Source: a virus. Taken from it: 61,888 nucleotides of DNA. The notes under the pieces were generated by a model. That model was not told the DNA's origin. It searched no databases and worked only from the letters and a program-made list of their open reading frames with translations. Numbering within the stretch: the stretch's first letter is position 1; each line of letters opens with the position of its first letter. Positions 48,826-59,313 of the stretch are shown here, one piece after another. The stretch is from the IMG/VR virus record IMGVR_UViG_3300029675_000009, positions 1 to 61,888 of that record; one strand, given 5' to 3'. Made by a program: the position numbers and the translations under genes.

Positions 48826-51800
48826 CTACATGTTTTTAGTGTTAGTCTCTATACTAGTCAATTTATCCACCGCTTTTTTCAATTGTATCACGGTATTGGC
48901 GGTATTATCATTGATCTGCTGTAACTCTATATAGATACTGACGATCATCGCCCTAGTCTCATCCGCTACGTCATACAATGAGGCCATCTTTACAGATATC
49001 ACGTCCATACTGGCCTTTATATACAAGAGGCTCAAGAATTGCTCGGAGCCTTGCAGGAACAACAGTATCTCCTCCCCTGTCATTTGCAGGGCGGTGAAAC
49101 GGCCATTTAACTCATCGGCGCTATCTTGAGACATCTTCTCGAAACCTCCGGATGTAGCGGTCTGCTCATATTTATCATTCTTATCCTCTTGGAAATACTT
49201 GCTTGACGTATCGAAGACCTTCTGGGCCTCAGCGTCCATTTTTTCCTTCAACTTGTTCAACTCCGCTTCTTCCCAAGGCGAAACGATACCATCGGACATA
49301 TAATCGGCCAGTTTCTTCATGAATTCCTCTACGGAAGGAGATAATTTCTTCTTCAAGAACTCAATGATAGCCGTCTTGATCAAATTTTGGACAATCTTAG
49401 TCGAAGCCTCTGCCGCATCAGTTCCGGTAGCCCACGCTTCTGAATACGCTTGGGCGAACTCGTCAATAGCGGACATGACATCGGTTCCTGTTATAGCCTC
49501 TACAGCTTTCTCCTTATTGTCCTCCAATTGAGCGTTGATATCCTCCAATTGCTTTTGCCAATCCTTGATCCGGTCATCGTCGGTCTTTTTCTTGTTCCTT
49601 TCCTCCTCGATCTGTTGTTGGATGATCACTTTTTGCTGCTCTAGCAATTTATTTTGCTGGTTTATGAGCTTAGAAGCGTCCGTAGAATAAGCCTTTTCTA
49701 TGGAACGGCCTAGTTTCTCATACGAGGCATCCAACACATCGATCTGGTCTTGTAGTCTCTGTATACGTTTCTCGTTCTTTTTGTCATGGATCTTAGCGAT
49801 AGAGGACGCTAGAGAAGTCACTACCCCAATAGCAGCACCGGCGGCGGCTCCTATAGGGCCAAATAAAGACGCAGCTTTTTCTCCTATAACACCCAGTTTT
49901 TTTCCTATAGAAGCAGCTAGCTCACCAAACTTTTCCCCAGAAATAGCCCCCTCCATTCCTGATGATATAGAATCAAATATAGTCTCAAACCCATCCGCAA
50001 CTTCTTCAATAGCATTTATATCAATAGACTCGCTTAGTTTTCGAAATGAAGTAGACAAGAATTGGACAGAGGTCATAACTTCATTTACACCCTCATTAAT
50101 AAGCTGCAATGATTCCGTCAGTTTTTTAGGATCATCACCGGCGGCAAAAAAACGCCTCACTCCTTCCGTCACCTTGTCAAAAGCGGGTCTCAACTCATCA
50201 ACCTTCTCGTTGGTGCTCTCAACGCTTTTCCCTGCCCTATCCATTATTTCAGGCATATCAGACCAAAGATCGAATTGTTCCTGCGTTATGCCTAATCCCT
50301 TGCCTTTTGATTCATCCCATTCGCCGGACTTAAGAAATTCCAAGGCCTCCTTACCCTTGGTGGATATCTCTATCAACTCCTTTAGAGTCTTGTCCTTCAT
50401 GTCTCCGAAAAGAGCGATTATGGCATTGGCGGTATTGCCACTCTTTATCTCAAGGTCGGAAAGCTGCTTATCCCATTCCTTCCCGAGTATCAATTTCTCT
50501 CCCTCGGTCTCGGCAAACGCTATTTTTTGCCCGTATTCGGCGGCGAGAGCCATCTTTTTGTCTTGATAAGTGCCATATTCCTTAAGGTAATCATTCATGG
50601 CTTTACGTTGAGCCTCGATCTGCTCATTCTCTACTTCTTGCGTGGATCGCATACGGGTAGCTTGAGCCTGTGTAATGGCTGTTTTTATCTCGACCGTTTG
50701 TTCTTGCGTAAGTTTGCCTCCTTGAACCTCACGCCACTCTTTCTCTCTCTTACGGATAGCCTCTATTTCACGATCGTAATCATATTCTATTTGGGCGATG
50801 CGCTTATCGGAACCTTCCTCCATAAGATTTATCCTAGATTGCTGGTTCTTATTTTGAAGATCAAGTAATTGCTGATTGACACGCTCTTGTACTTCTTTTT
50901 GTTTTTCAGCCTCTTTCTTCCGTTTTTCTGTTTCTTGTTGAGCTTTTTTAAGTCTATCTTCTTCGTATTTATCGTACTTTTCAATGCCTGAACTAGAAAG
51001 AAGATCATCAGCCGCCTGTTCTTTTGCCTTACCAAGTTCAAAATAAGCGTCCGCATTCCGCTTCAAGGCTTGTGCGTCTCTATCTACAGCTTCCGCTTCA
51101 TGATCAAAACTTTTTGCCCTATCTTCTACTAGTTGTTGATGAGATTTTATATTACCAAAACGAGTATCTTGTATAACTCCGGTTGCGTCAATTTCTTGTT
51201 TTTTACGAGTTTCACTTGCTTTTTCTCTAATTTTATCTGCCTCTATTTCTTTTTGGATAGCCTTTTTATATTCTTCGGCAGCTAAATCTTGAGCGGCAGT
51301 AGCTTGAGCTCGCAATTTCAATGAGTTTATAAAATTATCTGTATTATCCACAAACAAATTCTCTGCATCTCTTACAGATTTAATCGAAACCCCCATTGAA
51401 TCTAACGCATCTTTATTCTTATCTATAAATTTCTGCTGTTCTTGCAAATTACCTGCAAGTTCTTTCCACTGTCTTTGATACGACTTAAACTGAATAATTA
51501 ACCTACTTAATTCTCCTGAATTTTTAGAAAAAGATTGGTTTAAATCATCTTGTAGCTGCTTCGTGTTTTTTATAGCCTCGCCCGCTCCAAATAATTTTTT
51601 CGTCCATTCGATAATATCCTTCCCATAGACAGATAAAAGCGTTATCGCCGCAACCAAGGCCGTTTGCCAACTGAAAATAGATGTTATCAACTGCTTCCAG
51701 ACTGGAGCCACTTTTGCCACGTCATTATTTCCTGTCGCTACAGCCATCTTGAACGCCTTATACTCTGCGGCGGCTTTCTTCAGCTCATCGGCAAGCATCG

Positions 51801-52599
51801 GCAAGTTATTGGATATAGCCAAAAAGAATGTATTCCAGCCTACAGCAAGGGAAGGCAACTCCCGTGCGACCTGTTGAACCGACACGCTCAATCCGTTCCA
51901 ACTACTGGCGTAATTTCCGACGTTCCGTTGATATCGTCCGGTAGCTTGTTCCGCCGAACTGATCTCCGTATTCAAGGCCTGTATCTGTTTTTGCAGGTTA
52001 GCCCCTACGGTCGCTTTCCTATCCGTGGCGGAAAGGCGGTCATACTCGGCATTAAGCAACGACAATTGCTTTCTCAACGCTACAAGGGAATCCGAGGCGG
52101 CTCCCTCGATCTTGATATTGTCCGAATATTCCTTCCTTAGCCTCTTCAGGGCCTCATTCTCTAAAGCGTGCTGCCGGGTCTTCTCCTTCAGGTCGGTTAA
52201 TATATTAGAGCCCTTCTGAGAATTTTTATCTACATCCGATAGAGACAAATAAGACTTGTTGAGTTTTTTGATCTCGTCACTTAGGCCTTTAACCTTTAGT
52301 TGTTGCTCGACAAACACATCGGTAGCGTTATTTAGCTCTTCTGTTATCTGACGAGCACCATCAATAATCCCATTAGAGACCTTAAGCTGCTCTATTACCC
52401 TTTGATAATTCTGCATCTGCTGCTCATAGTCCTTTAGTTTCCGTGTCGCCTCCTCGTATTTCCGGTTTAAATCGTCAAATCCCTTGGTATCTGTAGATAC
52501 ATCGAAATCCTTCAAGGCGGATTTCAACTCCTCCACCTCCTTTCGAAGATTTATAAGTTTCTGTAGATCGGCATCGACCTCGAAATTTAGTTTTGCCAT
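48826..52599 (-). CDS. Tail tape measure protein
   Basis: 1257 aa with extensive coiled coil, internal hydrophobic segments (LAVGWNTFFLAISNNLPML) and the expected position after the chaperone pair. Confidence 0.85.
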   Translation of the reverse strand: MAKLNFEVDADLQKLINLRKEVEELKSALKDFDVSTDTKGFDDLNRKYEEATRKLKDYEQQMQNYQRVIEQLKVSNGIIDGARQITEELNNATDVFVEQQLKVKGLSDEIKKLNKSYLSLSDVDKNSQKGSNILTDLKEKTRQHALENEALKRLRKEYSDNIKIEGAASDSLVALRKQLSLLNAEYDRLSATDRKATVGANLQKQIQALNTEISSAEQATGRYQRNVGNYASSWNGLSVSVQQVARELPSLAVGWNTFFLAISNNLPMLADELKKAAAEYKAFKMAVATGNNDVAKVAPVWKQLITSIFSWQTALVAAITLLSVYGKDIIEWTKKLFGAGEAIKNTKQLQDDLNQSFSKNSGELSRLIIQFKSYQRQWKELAGNLQEQQKFIDKNKDALDSMGVSIKSVRDAENLFVDNTDNFINSLKLRAQATAAQDLAAEEYKKAIQKEIEADKIREKASETRKKQEIDATGVIQDTRFGNIKSHQQLVEDRAKSFDHEAEAVDRDAQALKRNADAYFELGKAKEQAADDLLSSSGIEKYDKYEEDRLKKAQQETEKRKKEAEKQKEVQERVNQQLLDLQNKNQQSRINLMEEGSDKRIAQIEYDYDREIEAIRKREKEWREVQGGKLTQEQTVEIKTAITQAQATRMRSTQEVENEQIEAQRKAMNDYLKEYGTYQDKKMALAAEYGQKIAFAETEGEKLILGKEWDKQLSDLEIKSGNTANAIIALFGDMKDKTLKELIEISTKGKEALEFLKSGEWDESKGKGLGITQEQFDLWSDMPEIMDRAGKSVESTNEKVDELRPAFDKVTEGVRRFFAAGDDPKKLTESLQLINEGVNEVMTSVQFLSTSFRKLSESIDINAIEEVADGFETIFDSISSGMEGAISGEKFGELAASIGKKLGVIGEKAASLFGPIGAAAGAAIGVVTSLASSIAKIHDKKNEKRIQRLQDQIDVLDASYEKLGRSIEKAYSTDASKLINQQNKLLEQQKVIIQQQIEEERNKKKTDDDRIKDWQKQLEDINAQLEDNKEKAVEAITGTDVMSAIDEFAQAYSEAWATGTDAAEASTKIVQNLIKTAIIEFLKKKLSPSVEEFMKKLADYMSDGIVSPWEEAELNKLKEKMDAEAQKVFDTSSKYFQEDKNDKYEQTATSGGFEKMSQDSADELNGRFTALQMTGEEILLFLQGSEQFLSLLYIKASMDVISVKMASLYDVADETRAMIVSIYIELQQINDNTANTVIQLKKAVDKLTSIETNTKNM

Positions 52600-52802
52600 T
52601 AATCACCCTCCTTTCCCTTTCGGTTCAACAAATCACGCCCGGTTCTCTCCACGATCAAATCACCGGTAACGCTATGCAATATATCCTTCTGCATGATCAG
52701 AAGGTTTCGATAAGGTATTTTATAAACCACGTCCTCATAAGACAATCTTAACGATTCCATGAATGTGGCCACTTGCCCTAGCATGGTCTCATTACCTGTC
52801 AC
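52599..52802 (-). CDS. Tail assembly chaperone, -1 frame extension (T-like part)
   Basis: A 67-codon ORF in the -1 frame overlaps the end of 52799..53257. The putative shift site is A-CCA-AAG. Confidence 0.45.
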   Translation of the reverse strand: MTGNETMLGQVATFMESLRLSYEDVVYKIPYRNLLIMQKDILHSVTGDLIVERTGRDLLNRKGKEGD

Positions 52803-53257
52803 TTTGGTGTCGCCGCCATTCTTGCCACGCTCTCGGCTAAGGCGGCACAGACGAAAAAATCCTCTGCGGATATGAATTTAACGACAGTCTCCAACGCCTC
52901 CCTTAGCTCATGAAGGGTCGCCCCCTCGATCTCCTCATATCTATCGGCGCTCCCCAAAACAAACACTGACAAACCCTTTAGTATATTTTCCAGTTCGTTC
53001 CTCACCTTTTCAAGATCCTCCTTGCCCGATGTTGTCTTATCAATAAGAGATAGGTATTGTATTCCTTTGCAAATCGTCGCTATTGTAGGAGGACTTACCT
53101 TATACGCCTTCCCCCCTAGGACCACGACCTTGAAATCCTCACCTAAGACAGCGTCAGCCACTAAACTAGCACCCTTGTTCATGTCACGTAAAAAATTAGA
53201 ATTAAACAAAAACGGGGACGAACGGAAAATACCGCCGTCCCCGTGCCTATAAGACAT
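52799..53257 (-). CDS. Tail assembly chaperone (G-like)
   Basis: 152 aa, between the major tail protein and the tape measure. Confidence 0.5.
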   Translation of the reverse strand: MSYRHGDGGIFRSSPFLFNSNFLRDMNKGASLVADAVLGEDFKVVVLGGKAYKVSPPTIATICKGIQYLSLIDKTTSGKEDLEKVRNELENILKGLSVFVLGSADRYEEIEGATLHELREALETVVKFISAEDFFVCAALAESVARMAATPK

Positions 53258-53264
53258 ATTACAT

Positions 53265-53795
53265 TCAATCCTTCAAGGATTTTCCTTCCACGTCAAACCA
53301 ATACTCTGAAGCTATTGTCGTGGATGATTTCAGCGGGGTGGCGGACATCGACAAACCAACGGCCCCATCCGTGGAAGCCCCACGACCCACAAGATTCGCC
53401 TTTGGGAAAATGATAGCCACGTCATCATTGGTAATAGCGACGATACATTTATATCGTTGCTCTCCGGCGTTGCCACGTTCCCATCCCTTATCCGTATCCA
53501 AGGGTTTACCGCCCATAAGCTCGGCCTTGGTAGCGAAGTCATATGCCCCGATCACCCAATTCAAGCTCTGTGATCCTGCCTCAAACGATGACCGATATGT
53601 CTGGCCGGTCAACTCATCCTTGTATTCTGTTAACGTACCGTCCTCCTCGGTATATTCATAAGTCCCTTGATGGACGATTTGAACATCCTTGAAAGCCGTA
53701 AATAACGTCTCCAAGCTCTCGTATGTGGGTGCAGCAACCAGAGGCTCCCCATAAAGTATCCTTTTTACGCCTATAGCAGAAATTGTTCTTCCCAT
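53265..53795 (-). CDS. Major tail protein candidate
   Basis: 176 aa. Assigned by synteny (after head-tail joining genes, before the chaperones). Confidence 0.5.
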   Translation of the reverse strand: MGRTISAIGVKRILYGEPLVAAPTYESLETLFTAFKDVQIVHQGTYEYTEEDGTLTEYKDELTGQTYRSSFEAGSQSLNWVIGAYDFATKAELMGGKPLDTDKGWERGNAGEQRYKCIVAITNDDVAIIFPKANLVGRGASTDGAVGLSMSATPLKSSTTIASEYWFDVEGKSLKD

Positions 53796-53796
53796 A

Positions 53797-54198
53797 TTAC
53801 AATACTATTACATTTAAAACTTTAAATAATACTCTCACATTAACGTAGTGACATTTAAGATCCCTGTTAACCTCAATTCTAGTAGTGTCTACCTCGTAGG
53901 TATAAGGAGTGCCATCAAACACCGAGGTGTCCTTGAACACCTCCATGGACATACGTTCCAGCTTATTCATCCTGTCCAAATCAGGCGTTCCTTTCTCGTC
54001 CAGATCAGGGACGGCTATATTGACATGAACGAATCCCACCTTCCATGTAATTCCCGGCTCCGAGGAATTCGAGTGTACGGTAATCCTCTCCTCCTCAAGC
54101 TTACCTGTAGGCGTATCATCCTCCTTGTACACCCCGGGAACACCAAGCTCCAAGGCTTTCTTATATAAGATTGTCTGTATGTCCGTGCTTACTATCAT
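53797..54198 (-). CDS. Tail terminator / tail completion candidate
   Basis: 133 aa. Synteny only. Confidence 0.4.
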   Translation of the reverse strand: MIVSTDIQTILYKKALELGVPGVYKEDDTPTGKLEEERITVHSNSSEPGITWKVGFVHVNIAVPDLDEKGTPDLDRMNKLERMSMEVFKDTSVFDGTPYTYEVDTTRIEVNRDLKCHYVNVRVLFKVLNVIVL

Positions 54199-54689
54199 TG
54201 TAACATAGCTATTACTTTAGCCTCGGCAGTATCTATCACGTTAAGCTTATGAATATCATTCACGTAGCTGGCGTAATCCATTCCCGCCACGACAATCAAT
54301 GTCACTCCCTTTGTATGCTTAGAAGCCAGATCCCTAGCGTAACTAAGTCCTTGCCTACTTCCCTCGCTTCCATCCCCGGACTTTCCTTTAGCCCAGAACT
54401 GGACCGTCTTTTGGGATCTGGTCGTGAAAAAAACCTTCTCATAATTTTCCCCACGTCCATCTATCCTCTTAAACCCGCCTTCCTTTACGATCTTGCCGTC
54501 CATTGATATGACATATCCCAATGAACTCCTCAAATTTCCGGTAATATTGTTATATTTACCTTCTTGAACGGCGGTCTCATAAGCGGATTGCCCTAGTTGG
54601 GCAAGAAAGGCGAACACCTCACGATAGGCCTCCAAGATGAAATCATCCACATCGGACAAATCATAACTTAACTTTATTATTCCAGCCAT
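54195..54689 (-). CDS. HK97 gp10-like head-tail joining protein candidate
   Basis: 164 aa. Assigned by synteny plus the motif ITGNLRSSLGY. Confidence 0.45.
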   Translation of the reverse strand: MAGIIKLSYDLSDVDDFILEAYREVFAFLAQLGQSAYETAVQEGKYNNITGNLRSSLGYVISMDGKIVKEGGFKRIDGRGENYEKVFFTTRSQKTVQFWAKGKSGDGSEGSRQGLSYARDLASKHTKGVTLIVVAGMDYASYVNDIHKLNVIDTAEAKVIAMLQ

Positions 54690-55003
54690 ATTTGCCCGTA
54701 ATTTAGATAATCCGTGAGCATCGGGTTGATAACAACGCCACTACCTCGGATACTCCCATCTTGGTTCAATACTCTCACGATATCCCCAGCATTAATCTTG
54801 ATCTTATCTGTCACGACACGATACTTGTAATCAAAGGCTACGCCATTTACCGTATATACCCGATCGGCGCTCTTATCATAGCATTTACATCGTCCCAGTC
54901 TCTCCCATAACTCACCACCAGTCCCGGGAACAGGATTGCCATTGTCATCGTGATCATATTCCTTGACAACCTTTCGTTCTAATATGTGAGGAGCGTAATA
55001 CAT
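54677..55003 (-). CDS. Head closure / head-tail adaptor candidate
   Basis: 108 aa. Synteny only. Confidence 0.4.
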   Translation of the reverse strand: MYYAPHILERKVVKEYDHDDNGNPVPGTGGELWERLGRCKCYDKSADRVYTVNGVAFDYKYRVVTDKIKINAGDIVRVLNQDGSIRGSGVVINPMLTDYLNYGQIWLE

Positions 55004-55004
55004 A

Positions 55005-55328
55005 TCAATAATCCGTATAAGATGAGACTACCCCAAGACCGGAAGACACATCCGGGCTAACACCGTTCCGTTCGCACAGGAACAAATAATACCGCCGGAG
55101 GCCGTCCTTGTCCCAAGAGACAGAGAAGCCGCTCTCATTGACGCTATCAGGGCGCAATAGCAGCGACGGGATGATCTCTATCATCCCTGTCTCTACCTTG
55201 CCTATGGATTCACTAGACATCTCATCGTCCGGGGATAGCCCCGATTTGATACTGAAATCCAGCATATCCGCCTCGGATAGATCTCCATAAGCCGAGAATT
55301 TCTGCCCTATGTAGTCTCTTATCGTCAT
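55005..55328 (-). CDS. Head-tail connector candidate
   Basis: 107 aa. Synteny only. Confidence 0.4.
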   Translation of the reverse strand: MTIRDYIGQKFSAYGDLSEADMLDFSIKSGLSPDDEMSSESIGKVETGMIEIIPSLLLRPDSVNESGFSVSWDKDGLRRYYLFLCERNGVSPDVSSGLGVVSSYTDY

Positions 55329-56425
55329 GCCTCCACCGTCAATGAGTAAATGCCATTAATCTCGGTAAGGACCGGCAAGGATAGCGATTGAGCCTTGGTA
55401 AACTCTACGCCATTGGAATTATCCGTCTCACCCTTGCCCCATTGAGAGATACGAATCCGGCCATAATTAGAGTAAGTAACGCCCGGTTCCTGTCTCAACT
55501 CATTATCGGCGTAAGCGTTCTTGATGACACCTAATTTACCTGCCGGGACAAAGACGATATTCTTGTCGTTCCAAGGCTTGTACTCGGATAGCTTGCCGTT
55601 GTCTTGGATACGGGTGATACGTCTCACTGTCTCTATGACAGGAAGGTCATTAGAGCGTAGGAACTCATTCAAACCGGACATCAAAAGAGGAGTGCCGGAT
55701 TTGTCGGTCCCAAAAATGACCTGTTTCATCTTCCTGCTCTTAAGCAAATAAGACAATCTGGCCGGAGACATCAATATCTTATCAAACGTCACCTTGTCTT
55801 GGGCCGCATCCACGACACCTTGGATATCCTCGAAAGGATCGACGTTGTCCTTATTGGTATCCGTCCAGTCAAGGGTAACGCTAGCGATATTCTCGGGCGG
55901 CATCTTGTAATCAATAATACCACGTACCCCTCCTTCAGGGTTATTATTGGCATTAAAGGTAAATACCCCCTTGTTAGACAAGGCACCCAAGAAAATAATA
56001 TCCAGCTTAGATTGTACGGATTTGACAACGGTAGACACGTTATTCCACATCAGATTAATGAGCTGCTGTGTCTTCTGGTCATCCGTCAACATCCTAGAGT
56101 CTAGGATCTGCAAGACCTTACGATACTCCTCGATCGGCATTGAGTAACTCATCTGGTGGGTAAGGACCTTTTGCTTCAAGGTCTCAAGCCCCTCCGTACC
56201 CAAGATCGGTTCCTTTCCCTTGGAATCAAGGGTAGCCGCCGCAACGCTCAAGTTATATTGCCCGATCAGCTCCTCAAAATTAAGGCCGATAGTCGGGACA
56301 TCCCAATCAAGATAACGCTCGTAGATATTCTGGTCAAACAAGCGCTTGCGAAGCTCCGTGGCAGCGTCAATACGAATCTGAACCTCTTTTGTCAGTTCGC
56401 CAAAAATAGAACTATAAACATCCAT
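55325..56425 (-). CDS. Major capsid protein (lambda gpE-like arrangement)
   Basis: 366 aa, after the scaffold and a decoration-position gene. Confidence 0.65.
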   Translation of the reverse strand: MDVYSSIFGELTKEVQIRIDAATELRKRLFDQNIYERYLDWDVPTIGLNFEELIGQYNLSVAAATLDSKGKEPILGTEGLETLKQKVLTHQMSYSMPIEEYRKVLQILDSRMLTDDQKTQQLINLMWNNVSTVVKSVQSKLDIIFLGALSNKGVFTFNANNNPEGGVRGIIDYKMPPENIASVTLDWTDTNKDNVDPFEDIQGVVDAAQDKVTFDKILMSPARLSYLLKSRKMKQVIFGTDKSGTPLLMSGLNEFLRSNDLPVIETVRRITRIQDNGKLSEYKPWNDKNIVFVPAGKLGVIKNAYADNELRQEPGVTYSNYGRIRISQWGKGETDNSNGVEFTKAQSLSLPVLTEINGIYSLTVEA

Positions 56426-56436
56426 CGTTCACCTCC

Positions 56437-56988
56437 TTACTGTCTAATATACTTAATAGTGGGATTATTCTTCATGCTGAATCCCGTCAACCATGAGGAA
56501 GGGACTGGATAAGCCACATCCTTAAGGATAAGGACCTCATATCCCGCCGATACCGTCTGGAAAGACATATTCTTCGTATAGACAAACGTTGTCTCAACCA
56601 CAGCGTCAGGCTCATCCGTTCCCACGGCAAGAATCGCCCCTTCTGTAGCAGACTCTACAGCGGCAGCCAATGTAACCACGTCATAATCAGAGTTGCTTGA
56701 ATCTACGGAACTCACGTTCTGCCCACCAATAGAATCTCCCTTGGCGACAAAGCTATCTTTCCCTATACGTGGCTTAGTGGTCGTTCCTCCGGCTAATACC
56801 TTAACGGCCTTACAGATCTTGCACTCCATGCGATCAAAGTCCAGCTTGATAGGAGTGCCTTTTCGCACGATTGTCCCTTCCGCCAACTCAGTGGTTAATT
56901 TGAAATCTCCGGGAAGGGGAGAGCATTCCCCGCGCCAAAAGACGGGGAACGATCCTTTAATCTTTGTTTTGTTAAATTCGATACCCAT
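56437..56988 (-). CDS. Head decoration-position protein
   Basis: 183 aa, between the scaffold and capsid genes. Confidence 0.4.
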   Translation of the reverse strand: MGIEFNKTKIKGSFPVFWRGECSPLPGDFKLTTELAEGTIVRKGTPIKLDFDRMECKICKAVKVLAGGTTTKPRIGKDSFVAKGDSIGGQNVSSVDSSNSDYDVVTLAAAVESATEGAILAVGTDEPDAVVETTFVYTKNMSFQTVSAGYEVLILKDVAYPVPSSWLTGFSMKNNPTIKYIRQ

Positions 56989-56999
56989 AATCTTTTACT

Positions 57000-57659
57000 T
57001 TAATTAGCGTCCGGCAATGATTTGGCCCAATCCTTAGCGAGCTCCTTGCTCTTTTCCTTGGACGTAGAGACAGAGAACGCCGAACCTTTTTCCTCTAATC
57101 CCTTTGCGACCTCATTTTGTCTCACCTTGGACAGATAAGTATCAATCGCATTATCGTCCATATCGTCCGTTATAGCGAAGCCCTCCTCTATCCGTTCCTT
57201 TGAGATCTTAAGGCTCTTGGCCTTGTCAAGGATCAGATTGTGTCTTTCAGCACGTGCTTTCTCCTCCTTAGCTTTATCATTCTCGGAGATCAAGAGCCGG
57301 ATTTTCTCGTCCTGCTCCTCACGATACTTCTTGAACCAATCCGGCTCCTCGTTTTTATCTGGTTGCTGTTGCTGGCCGCCCCCCTTGCCTCTCAACTCCT
57401 CTAATTCCTTCTTGTAATTTGCGCATTCGGTTCGCACCTTATCCAAGGAACTCTGGTAAGATTTCAACATTGATTCTTGCCCTGCTACCGCAGTTTCAAG
57501 ATTATCGTCCGTAATCAGGCCAGTGGACCCCAATGATTCTGCCACGGACCTCAAAACATCCTCCGTTAACCCAAGATTTGAGTACTTCTGTTTTAACTGC
57601 TGGAAAATCTTCTCTTTCATGCTATCACTTTTATTTTTCGCATAAAAGTATTGATACAT
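57000..57659 (-). CDS. Scaffolding protein candidate
   Basis: 219 aa, highly charged coiled coil, between the portal and capsid genes. Confidence 0.5.
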   Translation of the reverse strand: MYQYFYAKNKSDSMKEKIFQQLKQKYSNLGLTEDVLRSVAESLGSTGLITDDNLETAVAGQESMLKSYQSSLDKVRTECANYKKELEELRGKGGGQQQQPDKNEEPDWFKKYREEQDEKIRLLISENDKAKEEKARAERHNLILDKAKSLKISKERIEEGFAITDDMDDNAIDTYLSKVRQNEVAKGLEEKGSAFSVSTSKEKSKELAKDWAKSLPDAN

Positions 57660-57872
57660 AAGCTTGTAATAAAATAAAAACAGGCTATATACATGACAAT
57701 AGACCGATTGTCACAAAAACAATAATATTAAACCATTCGTGCCTATTGCTTGATAGGCTGCGCATGCGCCGGTACATCCTTTACCATAATATTTAAAATT
57801 CAATTTTGTGAATAAATATGCCTTTATATACCATTTAACAGTATTTTTTATTTAAATAATTCCGTAAGACCT

Positions 57873-59312
57873 TTAATTTCGATTGGAATCATCCGGGCTT
57901 TTGGAATTTTCAATCTTCTCTTTTCTATTATCTTGCGTCTTTTCCCGCTTATCCTCTAATATCCGTCGAATCTCCTCCTCCGGCTTATCAGTCAAGGACA
58001 GCATATCTACCGCCGTTTGAAGGGACACCAATCCTGACTCATAGAGTTTCGCTATCATATCTATTCTCTTATCCTTATCCTCGGCGAAAGGCTCGGAGAA
58101 CTCATGTTGCAGGTCGAGCCTGCCTAACTCCTCTCTCATGCCGATATGAGTTACGTTCATCATGATAGCCAATATAAGATTCTTCTCACGGTCTATTAAT
58201 ATATCATATATCTCTTTCAAGTTATCCCTTTTCATGTATCCAAGGGCCAAGGCCCTTTTCAATGCCTCCCCGGATAATGTCCCAAGCCCCTTCATGTTCT
58301 CGTAACTGAAATCCGGGGTGAACGTATCGAATAGTATGCTTGATGACAGGTCTTTTTTCTCCGCCTCTTTCATCGTGGAATAATCGGGCGGAACGAGATA
58401 CTCGGCAGCGCTTTTGTCCTTATCGGACATGGTGATAACCTCTCCTACCATATTAGATCCTCCCCCTACTATGCTCTGAATGACATCAGCGGTTAATTTC
58501 AATTTTGGATCGGAGAAATAATTATTGGAATCCGCCGCCTTGCTATCAACCGCCTCCTCTCTGTCTATACGCTTTTGAACCCCATACCATGCCTTGTTTT
58601 GACGATAGTAGATAACATTTATTTTACCCGAAGGATTAGGCAATGGCGTAACATCCCATCCGATATCCGCTCTCTTGCATCTATAGATGTATTCCGGGGT
58701 CTCTATATCAAAATGCTCTACGGACTTATCGCCCTCAAGTAGCGTATATCCATAACCAAAAGCTATCATGTTATCCCATTGATCAAATAAAGGCCGCAAT
58801 GTATATCCTTTTGACTTGGATATAACCTTAACCTTTACTTGGGGCATGCCATTTTCCCTGTATATATGATAAACCTTAGCGCTCTCCGTCTCCGCACCGG
58901 CCAAACGCTTGGCTTCCCGGATTGTCGTGTTGAATCGAGTATCACGGAGAAAATCACCGAATGCCCTGAAAGCCTTATCCGTATCATCCGATACAGCTTT
59001 CCACAAGATAGGCTGCCCGAGGAGAAAAAACAACTCGACCTCATTTATATACGCTTGCCTTCCTCTTGGCAATTTCTCCGTAATATACGGTTCTTGATTT
59101 TTCCTGTGCTTATTAGGACGTTTATTAACCTCATGGGATTCCGGGTTATACTCCAAGATCGCTTGGGAAACATCCCTGTCCCGGCATTGCATCATTGACA
59201 TGGCCCGGCTTATATCCCTATCCTTGATAAGGCTGACAAAGTCCCTCTCCACTCCAAACGAGTTCAATATCTTGTTTTGGAAGACCTGAAATATAGCGTC
59301 TATGTAATTCAT
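57873..59312 (-). CDS. Portal protein
   Basis: 479 aa, immediately downstream of terL. Confidence 0.75.
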   Translation of the reverse strand: MNYIDAIFQVFQNKILNSFGVERDFVSLIKDRDISRAMSMMQCRDRDVSQAILEYNPESHEVNKRPNKHRKNQEPYITEKLPRGRQAYINEVELFFLLGQPILWKAVSDDTDKAFRAFGDFLRDTRFNTTIREAKRLAGAETESAKVYHIYRENGMPQVKVKVISKSKGYTLRPLFDQWDNMIAFGYGYTLLEGDKSVEHFDIETPEYIYRCKRADIGWDVTPLPNPSGKINVIYYRQNKAWYGVQKRIDREEAVDSKAADSNNYFSDPKLKLTADVIQSIVGGGSNMVGEVITMSDKDKSAAEYLVPPDYSTMKEAEKKDLSSSILFDTFTPDFSYENMKGLGTLSGEALKRALALGYMKRDNLKEIYDILIDREKNLILAIMMNVTHIGMREELGRLDLQHEFSEPFAEDKDKRIDMIAKLYESGLVSLQTAVDMLSLTDKPEEEIRRILEDKREKTQDNRKEKIENSKSPDDSNRN

Positions 59313-59313
59313 G

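Noticed and set aside
49700-50566. Long antisense or alternative-frame ORFs inside large genes. Examples are 49700..50566 and 51664..52140 in the tape measure, 38642..39271 in Tal, 36635..37138, 26306..26839, 224..767 and 33657..33908.
   Set aside because: They lie opposite to or out of frame with well-supported genes, have biased low-complexity composition (Ser/Pro/Leu/Arg-rich), and lack starts coupled to neighbouring genes. They are typical shadow ORFs.
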